A stretch of DNA of 64,000 nucleotides from Octopus sinensis. Taxonomy: Eukaryota. Where the stretch lies: positions 46,624,001-46,688,000 of the forward strand of contig NC_043007.1 in NCBI RefSeq assembly GCF_006345805.1. Reading direction: 5' to 3'. The translations under genes were made by a program, and so were the position numbers. The notes under the pieces are model-generated. The model worked only from the letters and a program-made list of their open reading frames with translations. It made no database searches and was not told the origin of the DNA. Shown one piece after another: positions 15,081 through 27,533 of this stretch (the stretch's first letter is position 1; the number at the start of each line of letters is the position of its first letter).

Positions 15081-15540
15081 CGTAGAAGATAGTGATACCC
15101 CAATACAAACTTCTTATACATACACAGCTAGGTTTGTTAGTAGGTTGCAATGCAGACGTATACCTGGTCTTCTCAGTACGTATCCAGACAGTTACCGTTG
15201 TAAGAAAGCTAAAGCACGCATAATAAATCAACGGAAGTAAAGTGTGTTGTGTGTGATCATCGCATTGGCCATCACAGCAAGCTGAACAGAGACTCTGCAT
15301 TGAATTTTCCCAAAACATGCCTATACCTGCCCAGAGACCTACTCGTGTGTATTTATGTGTATTTTTTCAATGTTTAGAAATAACACGGAAAAAAATAAAT
15401 AGATAGTAACCAAGGTATCAAAATTCACACAAGTACCTAGGATGTAACAGCCTACTTATAAAGGTAGAAATTCCAAGTTTTGGTGAAATGTTTTTGGTTA
15501 ACATAGATAAATAAACGCAGGTGTTACTCAAATATTTATA

Positions 15541-15628
15541 TTTCCTACATATGTTTCGAAGAAAACATTTGCATTATTCCAGAAGGAATAAAATGATGCA
15601 AAACAATGCAATCTTCGCATCGGGGAAA
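15541..15628 (-). ncRNA. Hammerhead ribozyme motif, core mutated
   Basis: UUUCC-CCGAUGC-GAAGA...UCUUC-GAAAC-AUAU-GUA-GGAAA: perfect stem I (UUUCC/GGAAA), stem II base GAAGA/UCUUC, palindromic loop III. Confidence 0.7.
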
Positions 15629-16335
15629 AAAAGAGAAACAAAACTCATCAATAAAACATTTTAACCGAATGTGATTACTGCATATATGATGAAGGGAACA
15701 CTGGTTCATTACTTTTTTAAAACATTTAATACATATAACATCAAAGGCAAATTATAGAAAGAAAAGGAACAGGAAAAAAGAAATCAGCAGAAAATTAAAA
15801 GTGGAGAAATAGAATGCGATAGGTAAATAGGAATAAAGGTTTAAGACATGGGAAAATATATATTTAGTGAAAGGGAAATGTAAGAAGGCAGTTAAAGGTC
15901 GAATTTTATAGAATGGTAGAAATCACTTATAAGAAGTAAAGGTATATTTTTGCCAATGTTTACAACGATAAACTCATACTTTAAACGTGTTTACAAGAGG
16001 CGTTTATCGTTGCAAACATTGGCAAAATCACATCATTAGTTTCCATAGTTAAATTCTATCATACTCTAAAAGTCGAACTTTCACTGTTTTCTTGCATTTC
16101 ACTTCCACCAAATATATCTTTTTCCATGCCTTTAACCTTAATTCCTACTCACCTATCCAACTGTATTTCTTCACTTTTAATTTTCTGATAATTTCTTTCC
16201 TCTATAAATTGTCTTAGACGTTATACGTATTAATGGTTTAAAAAATAATAACGTACCAGCGCTCCCTTCATCATATATGCAGGAATCACATTCGGCTAGA
16301 ATGTTTTATGGATGAGTTTTTCCTTTTTTCTCTCT

Positions 16336-16402
16336 CTCTCTAATGAGAACATTATTCCCTTTGGAATAATACCAATGTTTTCTTCGAAACATATGTCGGA
16401 AA
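16336..16402 (+). ncRNA. Hammerhead ribozyme motif, core mutated
   Basis: CUAAUGA-GAA...UUC-GAAAC-AUAU-GUC-GGAAA; inverted homologue of 15541-15628. Confidence 0.65.
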
Positions 16403-16423
16403 TATAAAATTTAACTCCATTTA

Positions 16424-16485
<62 letters not shown>

Positions 16486-16487
16486 TG

Positions 16488-16581
<94 letters not shown>

Positions 16582-16598
16582 CGTGTGTGTGTGTATGT

Positions 16599-16640
<42 letters not shown>

Positions 16641-16669
16641 TATGTATGTATGTCTATTTGCAAACGCAC

Positions 16670-16810
16670 GCGACGGTATCTTTTATCTCTGCTCACCAAA
16701 TCCACTCACGATGCTTTGGTCGAACCGGAGCTATTTTAGAAGTTAATTACCCAAGTCACCACGAAGCGGCACTGAACTTGAAAATGACCGCGGTATGGTG
16801 AGTAACGAAA
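16670..16810 (-). mobile_element. SINE family B, degenerate 5' part
   Basis: caccaaatccactcacgatgctttggtcg...ctattttagaag matches 24140-24240. Confidence 0.7.
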
Positions 16811-17314
16811 AGTACACCAGGAAGTCATCTGCTAGACTATCTTTAAGAATATCAATTCTCGATAAGCGCAGTGATGCTAGTAAATAAAAACCAGTGATAC
16901 TATTGGAACTTGTGAGAACTCGGATAAACGCGTCTTATTATAAGATATGAGAAACTAAGTAAAAGCTAGTGGAAGTATATGATGTCCAATGGCGAGAGTG
17001 GCAGGTAAAAAAATAGAATGCGGTACAAGTGGAAAATTGAAGTAATACAGAGAGCAAGAGGGAGTAGATTATAATGAAGGACGAAAATTGAGAGATAGTG
17101 ATAATCATTCTGAAAATGTAAGCAAAAGTAGTTGGGTGCAGGATAACGCGTAAAAATAAACAGAAATGAAGAATGTAGGCTAATCATAAAGTGTGAAGAG
17201 GGAAAAATAGCATGGAAAGAGTTACAATAAAGCAATGAAAGATAATTTGATTGATGGTGAGGATAATGAAGAAGAAATGAGAAATGCAGTAGTTTCTCTG
17301 AATGAATAAAACAT

Positions 17315-17560
17315 ATGAGCAAAGAAAAAATTATTTCGAAATCTAGACATGGTAGAAAGAAAGAAAAGACGGCAGGAAGGATGAAAGAAGTAAAGAAAAG
17401 GAATAAAGGAGGAAGGAAGAGAAAAACCAATAAAATAAAGAAGGAATAAAAGTGAGGAGCAAATAGAAAAGGACTTAAATATAGAAAACATTGTAATGTC
17501 CAGCAATAATAAAAAAAATATTAACTACAAAAATATCAGAGAAAAGAACATTAGGGAAAT
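17315..17560. repeat. Right arm of the ~240-bp inverted repeat (partner 13608-13848)
   Basis: atgagcaaagaaaaaattatttcgaaatctagacatgg...cattagggaaat. Confidence 0.92.
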
Positions 17561-19145
17561 GTATTATAAATAATGTATTAATAACTGCGAGTGGGGAGTG
17601 ACTGGCAGAGAGAGTAAGGTTTGTGTTGAATAGGTGAAAGAAAAATCAGTCAGAGAATAATACAATCACGAGAAGGAAAAAAAGTGTCAGACAGATATAG
17701 AAAATATTGGCCAGAAAAGGCGAGATGATATATATTGAGAAGTAGGTGGTAAGAATAAATAATATGAAAAAAAATATTGATACGGACAAAAGAAAACATA
17801 GAAACAGACTTGGAAACCAAATAAGCAAGGAAAGCTAAACAATTGCTGGTAGACTTGGGATTTGACACATTTGATAAGAAAACTGCTTATTTTGGTTTTA
17901 TTTTGTGTGTGTGTTTGTGTGCCTGCGCACGCGCGCATGCATTTGTCGCAACGTATGTTTGTGCAAGTGTGATTGTTCCATTTTATTTGTCAGTGTGATT
18001 ATTGCATTTCACCTATGCATGTATATATGTCTAAGCATATGTGTTTGTATTTGTGGATCTGTTATTGATGTCTCTCTCCTTTTTTCCTCTCTCTTCCTCA
18101 CTTCCTCCTTCTTTCGCTCTCTCTCCCTACCTCTCTTATTCTCTCTCCCCCCTTTCTTCCCACTCTCTCTTTCTCCCTGCCCCATCTCTCTCTGTCTATC
18201 TATATCTATTTGCATGTGGTTGTGTGTTTGTGTAAAGATATAGATTTGCAACTGAAGAAAAATTTACTGATATATTGGTTGTTTAGAACGTATCAGCATG
18301 ACAGATCATAAGAAGTACATAAAAAATGCAGGAGATGAAAACAAAAACTGACAGAGAGTGAAAAGCAATATATAAAATAAACATAATAAACAAACTGAGA
18401 TATGTGGACGTTACAACTTGAGGATATCCGACAACGTCCCTTCCTCTTTGCAGTAGTACATATAATAATTTTCCTTTATATTGCTTCTCTTAGGAACAAT
18501 AGGCAACCCTGGATAGCAAAGTTCCAGAATGCCAGACTTAAGCAGAGTAAAATTAACCCATTCAATGCTAGAAATTTTCAGGAATGGTTTACTAGAATGA
18601 TCTTACCTCAGACCCATTCTCTTCGAATTATACCCACAAAATCTGTTCCAAATAACCCAACAGATAGAGACTGCCTTGTAAGAAGAAGACATGATACTCA
18701 CACCTTCCAAGCGCAATGGAACAAACACCATTACCATGCATTGATCACCTATATATCTGAATATATTTCTATATCTGGTTCTAAAATTGTGTGCCTGTAT
18801 TAAATTTGTATCCGTTATCAGCAATAGAAGACATATTTACAGCACTCCTATTTAGAAAGAAACAACAATGGTCTACAATAAAATGAAACATCAATGGTCT
18901 ACAAAAAATACATTAAATTGAAGATATTTCTCGATGCCGGCACTGCTAGCTGCAATTAAGTACAAATAACATACACAAAAAAGGAAAGAAAATACGTGCG
19001 CGGCTACATCACAAATCATATGTATGCTATATACAACCATTATATGCCTGAACAAAAATATTATACATGAAAGTGCATCTGGATATGCAATGGTGCAGCG
19101 AATCCCTTAAAGATGTAGCGAACCCCATCAGCACAACATAGGCAA

Positions 19146-19194
19146 TTCTCTCGAGACCTCTAAGCATAAACATATTGTAAGACCTTCAGCAATA
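19146..19194. repeat. 49-bp perfect inverted repeat, left copy (partner 22674-22722)
   Basis: ttctctcgagacctctaagcataaacatattgtaagaccttcagcaata is the exact reverse complement of 22674-22722. Confidence 0.93.
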
Positions 19195-21035
19195 ATAGTC
19201 TCAATAAGCACAGTAACTTTATACTTGGACGCACAGTACTAATGAAGTATGTAGGGGAAAACTGTTGTGTTTACCTTGCATTCACCGTGCTCAATCCTTT
19301 CTGGCCACCATGGGAGCTACTGGCTTACAGGAATATAGTTAGGAGTAGAGAGATTGCACCCTATCCAGTTTGTTACATTGCATGACGTCCCGTAATCCAC
19401 AGCGTACCCAAATGAGAAATACCTGCTCCTAGAATGATAGTATGTTTTGTACTATTCGTTCGGTCGCTTCTCAGCGAGCGTATCATTGCTCGACAAGAGA
19501 TCATTGTTGTACAACAGAACAACAGCAACATTAAAAGTAAAATTACTAATAGTTAAATTAAGGCAATGTCTAATTATATTTGCTAAGAAACTGGATTGTG
19601 GAAACAAAAGCGCTAAGATTTTGATCACGTCGTTCGTGAAAGTCAATATATAACAAAATAATGCTAAGCACATTAAGAAATTTGAGCGAGATTAAATTTT
19701 CCTTTGAAATGAAACCTAGAAAAGGGCAAGTTAATATTAAATTCTTCGTGAGTTAATGCAGTACGATGGAATAGATTAATTTCGCACTAGGTTGTCCATT
19801 GAAATTTACCAAGTGTATCGTTTTATGGACTTGTGCTGCGAATGTTGTTGGGTATTTCATCAGTTCACCTGCTAATATTAATGCCGAATATTAAAACATC
19901 ATTTGCTTAAAACCATGGGAGACTTAGCGCATGGAATTAGGAGACATTATTTCTTACGTTAGACTAACAAATATATATATCCTTATCCTTTTCAAGCTAA
20001 TGAGAAACGGGTGGCTTAGTGGGTATGACAGTAGTCAACCTACTTTTAGTGTATATCAGATATCAATCTTCATATTCACAAAATAACTCCTGACAATATT
20101 TTAATGCTCCTTAGGCAACATTTTACTGGGTGGTCTTGACGATTTTCGTATTGATTGTTTTCTAAAATATGTTAATTTCCACACCAACTCAAGCATAATA
20201 TTTTACAATTCATTAGTGATTATCTCATTTTACTACTACATCGGCAAATATTGCGAAGTCTAAGTTTTGTTAAGAAGTCACAATATTCCGAAATATGTAT
20301 AGGGTTGTGTCCCGTATTTGTAGTACGTTAAGCATATTAGTTGTTCACTATTATTATGTATTGCTCACCATATAATTATTTCTCATATCATTGTTAATGC
20401 TCACTGCATTAAATATTGTAATATTAACTAATCAAAGTATACTTTCTCCTTGGATCCGTCATTCAAATGAAGTTGACGTGGTGCTATAGAAAACAGAACA
20501 ATAAGAATTCAAAACAACACTATAAATGAAAATATATTATTGAAACTAGAAAAGTTGGTAGATACTCGATAAAAAAGCAAAAAGATAAAAAAACAATAAT
20601 ACGTATGTATTTACACTATTGAAACTACTGGCAACGAGAATAATGACAGCTACAATTGCAAACAACAAATAATTGAATACGAAACTAAACTTATTATATT
20701 CACAAGAATTTACCGGGTGAGAGACACACATAATAAGAATAAATGACAGGAGAATTGACGCCTTGTTTACTGCATATTAATTACTGAAAATATCCATTAG
20801 ACAGAAAAGCTAATAACATACGAAGAGAGATTTCTAGAGTTGCAATTTACTCCAATAATAATTCGACCAAACTGACATTGCAGCAACAATAAACGTATTT
20901 AAGCTGCTCTTTTACGTAGATTAAGATAATATATAATTTTATATGTTATCGTTCCTGAGATTTTTACATACATCATAGCTACGTACATACATACAAACAT
21001 ACGTACATAATATATACATACAGGCATACATATTT

Positions 21036-21133
<98 letters not shown>

Positions 21134-21146
21134 ATAAACATACATA

Positions 21147-22034
21147 CGAGGACGTACCGAAAAGTATCTGGAAATGTTCTCTGTGAGACAAGCCTTTTGT
21201 AGTTCAAGCTTCCGCCGCTAGAAGCTACTTGAAGGGACTGTCAGGTATAGGTCTGCTGACCGGCGTCTTCGAGGTAGGGCGTACTGCCATGTGGTGCGTC
21301 TTTGTCTTGCAGTGCTTCTCCCCGCTTCGTCATTTTTTCCGATTCCTGAAACCAAGGAACAGCTCGCTTCCGTGAGTTTTTTTTTTCTGCTGGGGAAAAC
21401 GGCAGCCGAAACAGTTGTCATACTTCAAACAGTTTACATGGACGCTACCATGAGCAAAACAAGTTTACGAGTGGTTTTCACGCTTTAGAAATGGTCATTT
21501 GTCGCTTGAAGACCAATCTCGTTCAGGGCAGTGGCGTGCTCCCGAACCAATGAAAACATCATGAAGATTTAAGATCTGATCTTGGTGAACTGTCACTGAA
21601 CAATTGGCGAACTTGTTGATGATGTCATTTGTCCTGGAGCTCTTGCCAACGAAGTTTGAGCGAGGAATTGCGAATGAAAATGTTTGCAACAAACATCGCT
21701 TGCTCAAAGAAGATCAAAAGCAGTCAAGTCTGAATGAATGCGGGAAAAACAGTTGAAAATTTATCCGATCCTCTTTTCAATGGTCAGCACTGGTGACGAA
21801 AGCGGCTACTACAAAATTTGCAAATGTGGAAAAGGTGTAGAAAAACACGTTGGATGCGTTAATAGGCATAATTTCTTAAGTGTTCTGTGTCTGCTTTGAA
21901 CAGTGGAAAACGCGTCTGGACCGATGGAGTTCTTCAAATGGAGAATACTTTGAAGGCGATAAAAGTGTAAACATGTAAATCTAAGTGAATAAAATGATAT
22001 TGTAAAATTCCGATTTCTTTTAGGTACCCCATCA
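21147..22034 (+). mobile_element. Internally deleted mariner transposon with diverged TIRs and TA target duplication
   Basis: TA|cgaggacgtaccgaaaagtatctggaa ... ttccgatttcttttaggtaccccatca|TA. Decayed transposase: EQLASV.FFFLLGKTAAETVVILQT, VYEWFSRFRNGHLSLEDQSRSG, TGDES, and CFEQWKTRLDRWSSSNGEYFEGDK; the catalytic middle is missing. Confidence 0.9.
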
Positions 22035-22722
22035 TACATTCTGGAGCAAAAGATATGCCGAATCCCTTAAAACTACTAGAAACAATCTGAAAGAAGGATT
22101 ATATCACATTTCAATGGTAGACATCACGCATGTTATTAATTACTGCCCAAAATGTCATCGATGCACTACCATCTAATAGAATTTGAGTTTGTTGCTATAA
22201 TATTACACAAAGCGACCGAAGAAAGAGTTGTCCTTAAATTAACACAGCGATTCATATCCCATCCCCAGAGTTACTGAATACTTACATAAAATATCAACCT
22301 CAGAAATATTAGAGGAATATTCTCATCAAAACACCACTCAGTGTAAACATATTATGGCGTTTATAATTGTTTGGGACAGACGAGAAAAGCTATATACCAC
22401 CATAGTGGTCAGCTGCTTTGCAGATGTGAACATCTGTTGAAAAATAATACAAGAAGATCACTAATTTCATCTGTTTCGAAACGTTCAGTTTTAATTCCAC
22501 ATTTGCATTGATAATAACTTGTACTTGGTCACGTTAATGAGGACTTAAAGGATAATCGGGAATAGTTACGATTTTCCGAAATAGAAATCGACCATCTAAC
22601 TTGAATATCACAAATACAATATGTAAGTGGAAGAGTGAAAATATGTAAGACTTTCCTCAAGTTCCATCTATGATATTGCTGAAGGTCTTACAATATGTTT
22701 ATGCTTAGAGGTCTCGAGAGAA

Positions 22723-22970
22723 CAGTGTACCGCAAGTGGGTAAAAATTTCGGTCAACTGAACTCCCACAATGCCATTCCCATTTGGCTTTCTGAATTGGC
22801 ATCTCCAAAATTCGATGACGTAAATCTTCGAACCCGCAAGTGTTACGGGAAACTCCAAAATCAATAGATATGTAGATAAGCTACACGTCCAATAGATGAC
22901 GGGTAACCGTGGTCTAAAATCTGTATTGATGTCATATGAAGCACATATCGTTGTACAGAAGCAACATTGA
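22723..22970 (+). mobile_element. Fragment of an R4/Dong-like LINE ORF (post-RT region)
   Basis: PFGFLNW...NLRTRK...VDKLHVQ*MTGNRGLKSV resembles the FG..W...KTRK...DRLY..R..GGRGL block of RLE-type LINEs. Confidence 0.55.
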
Positions 22971-23078
22971 GTTTGAGTTTGTATATATGTATGTGTGTGT
23001 ATGTGTGTGTAAGTACGAATATATGTATATATATTCATATATGCATTCATGAATATGTATGTATGCATGTATGTATGC

Positions 23079-23165
<87 letters not shown>

Positions 23166-23571
23166 GTATATATATAAAGATATTCTGTGTTTTTGTTTGA
23201 CCCACAAAGTGAAATTAAATCCAGACACCGTCTCTATGATTTTCTTTCTTTTCTATCTGTCTACTGTGCCTCTTTATCTTTCTCCGTCTCTTTCTGTCCT
23301 CCTTTCTCTCTTCGTCTCTCTTTCTATCTTTCTCTCTCTGTTCCTCTCTAAAAGAACACACACACACACACACTCACATGCACTTCAGATGTTACATTTC
23401 TCTGTCAAAATACCGAAGCAAGAATAAAGGAACACACACATGTGTATATATGTATATACTCAGGTTTCAATTATTTAATACCGTGTGTATCCTCTCTTTC
23501 TGTATATATATCTCTCTCTTTCTCTCTCTTCTTGTCTCTCAATCTATCTTTCTTCATTCTTCGCATACCAA

Positions 23572-23870
23572 CTATACCATGAGCATTAATAAAATCAGGG
23601 CCAAACACTAAAAGGGGTTAGATTGCAGCTTGCAGGACCATGCTTTTCACATGGCCAACATTTTGTAGCAGCATCATGTATGGGAGCAAAAGCAAATCTT
23701 TTTGCTCATCCACCCCGAAATAAAACAAATAACATTGTTTATAAAGAAATATTCACTGTTAATGCAACATGAACACTTAAATAACTTAATTTCCCATTAC
23801 TGTTTATTACATTCAAGAATGACTAAATTACCTATTTCAATGAACTGTATTATATAATTGCCGTTACTGT
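23572..23870 (+). mobile_element. Helitron Pif1-helicase C-terminal remnant plus downstream sequence
   Basis: MSINK./GQTLKGVRLQLAGPCFSHGQHFVAASC...KTNNIVYKEIF matches Pif1 motifs V/VI of Helitron RepHel. Confidence 0.85.
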
Positions 23871-24281
23871 CTTTACTCTCTTACTCTTTTACTTGTTTCA
23901 GTCATATGACTGCGGCCATGCTGGAGCACCACCTTTAATCGAGTAACTCGACCCCGGGACTTATTCTTTTGTAAGCCCAGTACTTATTCTATCGGTCTCT
24001 TTTGCCGAACCGCTAAGTAACGGGGACATAAACACACCAGCATCGGTAGTCAAGCAATGCTAGGGGGACAAACACAGACACACAAACTCACACACACATA
24101 TATATATACATATATACGACGGACTTCTTTCAGTTTCCGTCTACCAAATCCACTCACAAAGCTTTGGTCTGCCCGAGGCTATAGTAGAAGACACTTGTCC
24201 AAGGTGCCACGCAGTGGGACTGAACCCGGAACCGTGTGGTTGGTAAACAAGCTACTTACCACACAGCCACTCCTGCACTCC
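23871..24281 (-). mobile_element. Full-length tRNA-derived SINE family B with 6-bp TSD
   Basis: Minus-strand head gcaggagTGGCTGTGTGGtaag...GGTTCAGTCCC (A/B boxes), internal (TG)/(TA) tract, (AAGAGTA)-like tail; TACTGT at 23865-23870 and 24282-24287. Confidence 0.92.
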
Positions 24282-24359
24282 TACTGTATTGAAAATATAT
24301 AATAAAAAAATAAAAATCACTAAGCAGAAGTTTATGTATGAAGTTCATCTCTTTTCTAC

Positions 24360-25040
24360 CGCAATTATTATATGAGATCGACGCTGAACTATTTGCAGAG
24401 CAGCGTTTGAAAATCGATGAAGGGAGAGTTCCAATTGATGAAGAACAGTTTCCTACACTCAATGCAATATATAATTCAACTGATTCCGTCGATGATTTGA
24501 TGCATGAAACCTTTCCTAATCTTCTTCATAATTATGACAATATAGATTACATCGGTGACAGAGCTATCCGGGTTCAAAAAAATGTTCCTTTACATACCAT
24601 TAATAATATGCTATTGAATAAACTTCCAGAAGTCTTCACTTATAACACAATTGACAGTGTTGTTGATGATCAGGACAGTGTCTACTACCCCATCGAATTC
24701 TATAACTCACAACAACAACCAGGTACAGCACCTCATTGTCTTGAATTGTAAAAAGGGTCTCCTATTATGCTATTACGTATTTTTGTCTCAAATAAAATTA
24801 TGCAATGGTACAAGATTAATTGTGCACAAACATCATTGGCCCAAACATTCTCACTCTTTGTAGTAAAGGCGTATGTACCCCGAAATAAAACAAAAACATT
24901 TTTCATAAAGAAATATTTATTCTTAATGCAACAGGAATACTTCAATAACATCATTTACCATTGCTAACATTACATTTAAGTATGGGTCAGTTACCTATTT
25001 CAACGAACTGTATTATATAATTGCCATTACTGTATTAATA
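24360..25040 (+). mobile_element. Helitron Pif1-helicase remnant, internally deleted
   Basis: ORF 24338-24751 FAEQRLKIDEG...FPNL...DRAI...INNMLLNKLP...YPIEFYNS...PHCLEL*KGSPIMLLR, then KLCNGTRLIV; classic Helitron helicase segment. Confidence 0.9.
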
Positions 25041-25643
25041 AATATAATATAAATATAAAAAAAATAAAACTCATTATTGTAATATAATAAAAAAAAACAG
25101 AAGCTCATGTATGAAGTTAATGTGTTTAAATGTACACTGTATTTTATATGCATAATATATAGTCTTTTGAGTAATTTTTTTATACGCTAGGCCACTGGTA
25201 GTAAACATTTCTAAAATCTTTATTACCCTGATATTAATTATGTATAATGATTTCTGGAAGATGCGTTCGAGGAAATTACCGGCATCTTTTTGCAGCCGCC
25301 AAAATAAAACTACGCTTGCAATTAAAATGTATAAGCAAAAGGTACATGCTGGATTGGCCCCGTGTTTATATGTTTAATCTTGGCGTACCTGTTGACCACG
25401 ACTTCACCTAGCAAATTATTTCATTTGCTAAAATAAGTCAGAAACCATGATTAGTGATTTGGGCTTTAACTGTTCTTTCTAACCTAAGGGATTCCTATGA
25501 TGGAAGCCTCTTAATGTGTTTAAATTTACACTGTATTCTATATGAATAATATATAGACTATTGACCAATTTTTCTATACGCAATGCCACCGATATTATAA
25601 ATTTCTACAATCATTATTACTCTGATATTATTAATTATGTATA

Positions 25644-25698
<55 letters not shown>

Positions 25699-25808
25699 GT
25701 AATCCGAAGTATACAGTATTAGTTCTATATTTAAGAGATGAAGAATTATGTACATTATTTACATTATTTACATTTGACGGATATTTGTCCTCATCTTCTT
25801 TGCTCTTA

Positions 25809-25851
25809 ACACAACGTTTCGAGTGATATACCCTCCTGGTTCACCAGGTGT
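25809..25851 (-). ncRNA. Minimal hammerhead motif in the SINE tail, core mutated
   Basis: ACAC-CUGGUGA-...-GAAAC-GUU-GUGU: stem I ACAC/GUGU, palindromic ACGU stem III; A6 changed to G and stem II decayed. Confidence 0.62.
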
Positions 25852-25914
25852 ATTGGGAAAATTTCGAACCTGGATTTTCATTCCTAAGGTATTTATCGAT
25901 ATAGTTATCATTTT

Positions 25915-26125
<211 letters not shown>

Positions 26126-26655
26126 GAGTGAGAGAGCAGTTCATGCCATCAAAGTGACACTGGGGTAAAATATACGAAGCCCAATATACCCATCATGACT
26201 ACCCGTCTGATAAAGGTACACCAGGCACATGCATCACAACCATATGTGCGCGTCATGGTGATCTCATATCAAGATAAACAGCAGGTGGGGCCCAGTTAGA
26301 ATTTTCTTCAGGTTGAGTAGCCCATCCCGCTCAACGGTCCCTGAATATGAGTTGTTTAAGGATGTTGAAAGAACCACCCATGTTTCCAGAGGTGAACTAT
26401 TCAAACCCTAAAGAATCCCTCTCAACACATGGCTATGATGCTCCCCAACTACTTCTGCTCGTGATCAGAGATGCACATATCGTCAGCCACTAAGGGACAT
26501 GCTCAACTGGTTAAGGTCAAGCGACTGACAAGCAAATCTGTGGTATTGAGCACAATATTTGCTGTAGCTCATCTTTTATACCAAGACAAAACAATGTACA
26601 TGATAACACTTCCAATCAGTTAAGACCAGAAGCCATGAGAGCCACTGCCTGGTAC
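26126..26655. mobile_element. ~530-bp non-coding (AAT)n-associated repeat, copy 1
   Basis: Begins gagtgagagagcagttcatgcc and is flanked by (ATT)n on both sides; homologous to 26674-27373 and 28442-29137. Confidence 0.8.
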
Positions 26656-26673
26656 ATTATTATTATTATTATT

Positions 26674-27370
26674 GAGTGAGAGAGCAGTTCATGCCATCAA
26701 AGTGACACTGGGGTAAAATATACGAAGCCCAATGTACCCATCATGACTACCCGTCTGATAAAGGTACACCAGGCACATGCATCACAACAATATGTGCGCG
26801 ACATGGTGATCTCATATCAAGATAAACAACACATGACCTTGCAGGTGGGGCCCAGTTAGAATTTTCTTCAGGTTGAGTAGCCCATCCTGCTCAAACGGTC
26901 CCTGAATAAGGGTTGCTTTAGGATGTTGAACGAAACACCTATGTTTCCAGAGGTGAACCATTCAAACTCCAAAGAATCCCTCTCAACACATGGCCATGAT
27001 GCTCCCCCACTACTTCTGCTCGTGATCAGAGATGCACATATCGTCAGCCACTAAGGGACATGCTCAACTGGTTAAGGTCAAACAACTGACAAGCAAACCT
27101 GTGGTATTGAGCAGAATATTTGCTGTAGCCCATCTTTTATACCAAGACAAAACAATGTACATGATAACACTTCCAGTCAGTTAAGATCAGAAGCCATGAG
27201 AGCCACTGCCTGGTACTGCATCAGGGCATTGACAAGCAAACCTGTGGTATTGAGCAGAATATTTGCTGTAGCCCATCTTTTATACCAAGACAAAACAATG
27301 TACATGATAACACTTCCAGTCAGTTAAGATCAGAAGCCATGAGAGCCACTGCCTGGTACTGCATCAGGGC

Positions 27371-27373
<3 letters not shown>
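26674..27373. mobile_element. Same repeat, copy 2, with a 143-bp terminal tandem duplication
   Basis: 27088-27230 is repeated at 27231-27373. Confidence 0.82.
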
Positions 27374-27430
<57 letters not shown>

Positions 27431-27488
27431 TATATTATTATTATTGTTATTATTATTATAATTATTATTATTATCATTATTATTATTA

Positions 27489-27526
<38 letters not shown>

Positions 27527-27533
27527 TATTATT

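Larger units (their letters stand above)
15535..16408. mobile_element. Head-to-head inverted pair of PLE 3' termini (quasi-palindrome)
   Basis: Arms 15535-15973 and 16002-16408 are diverged reverse complements around a 28-nt spacer. The inner ends read YRCKHWQKYTFTSYK* and YRCKHWQNH, resembling a PLE ORF end. Confidence 0.82.

Noticed and set aside
18402-18803. 133-aa non-repetitive ORF
   Set aside because: No recognisable domain or splice context; possibly an old retroelement remnant but not assignable.
26445-26492. CUGACGA...GAAG in the 530-bp repeat (minus strand)
   Set aside because: GAAG instead of GAAA in all three copies, and no consistent stems.
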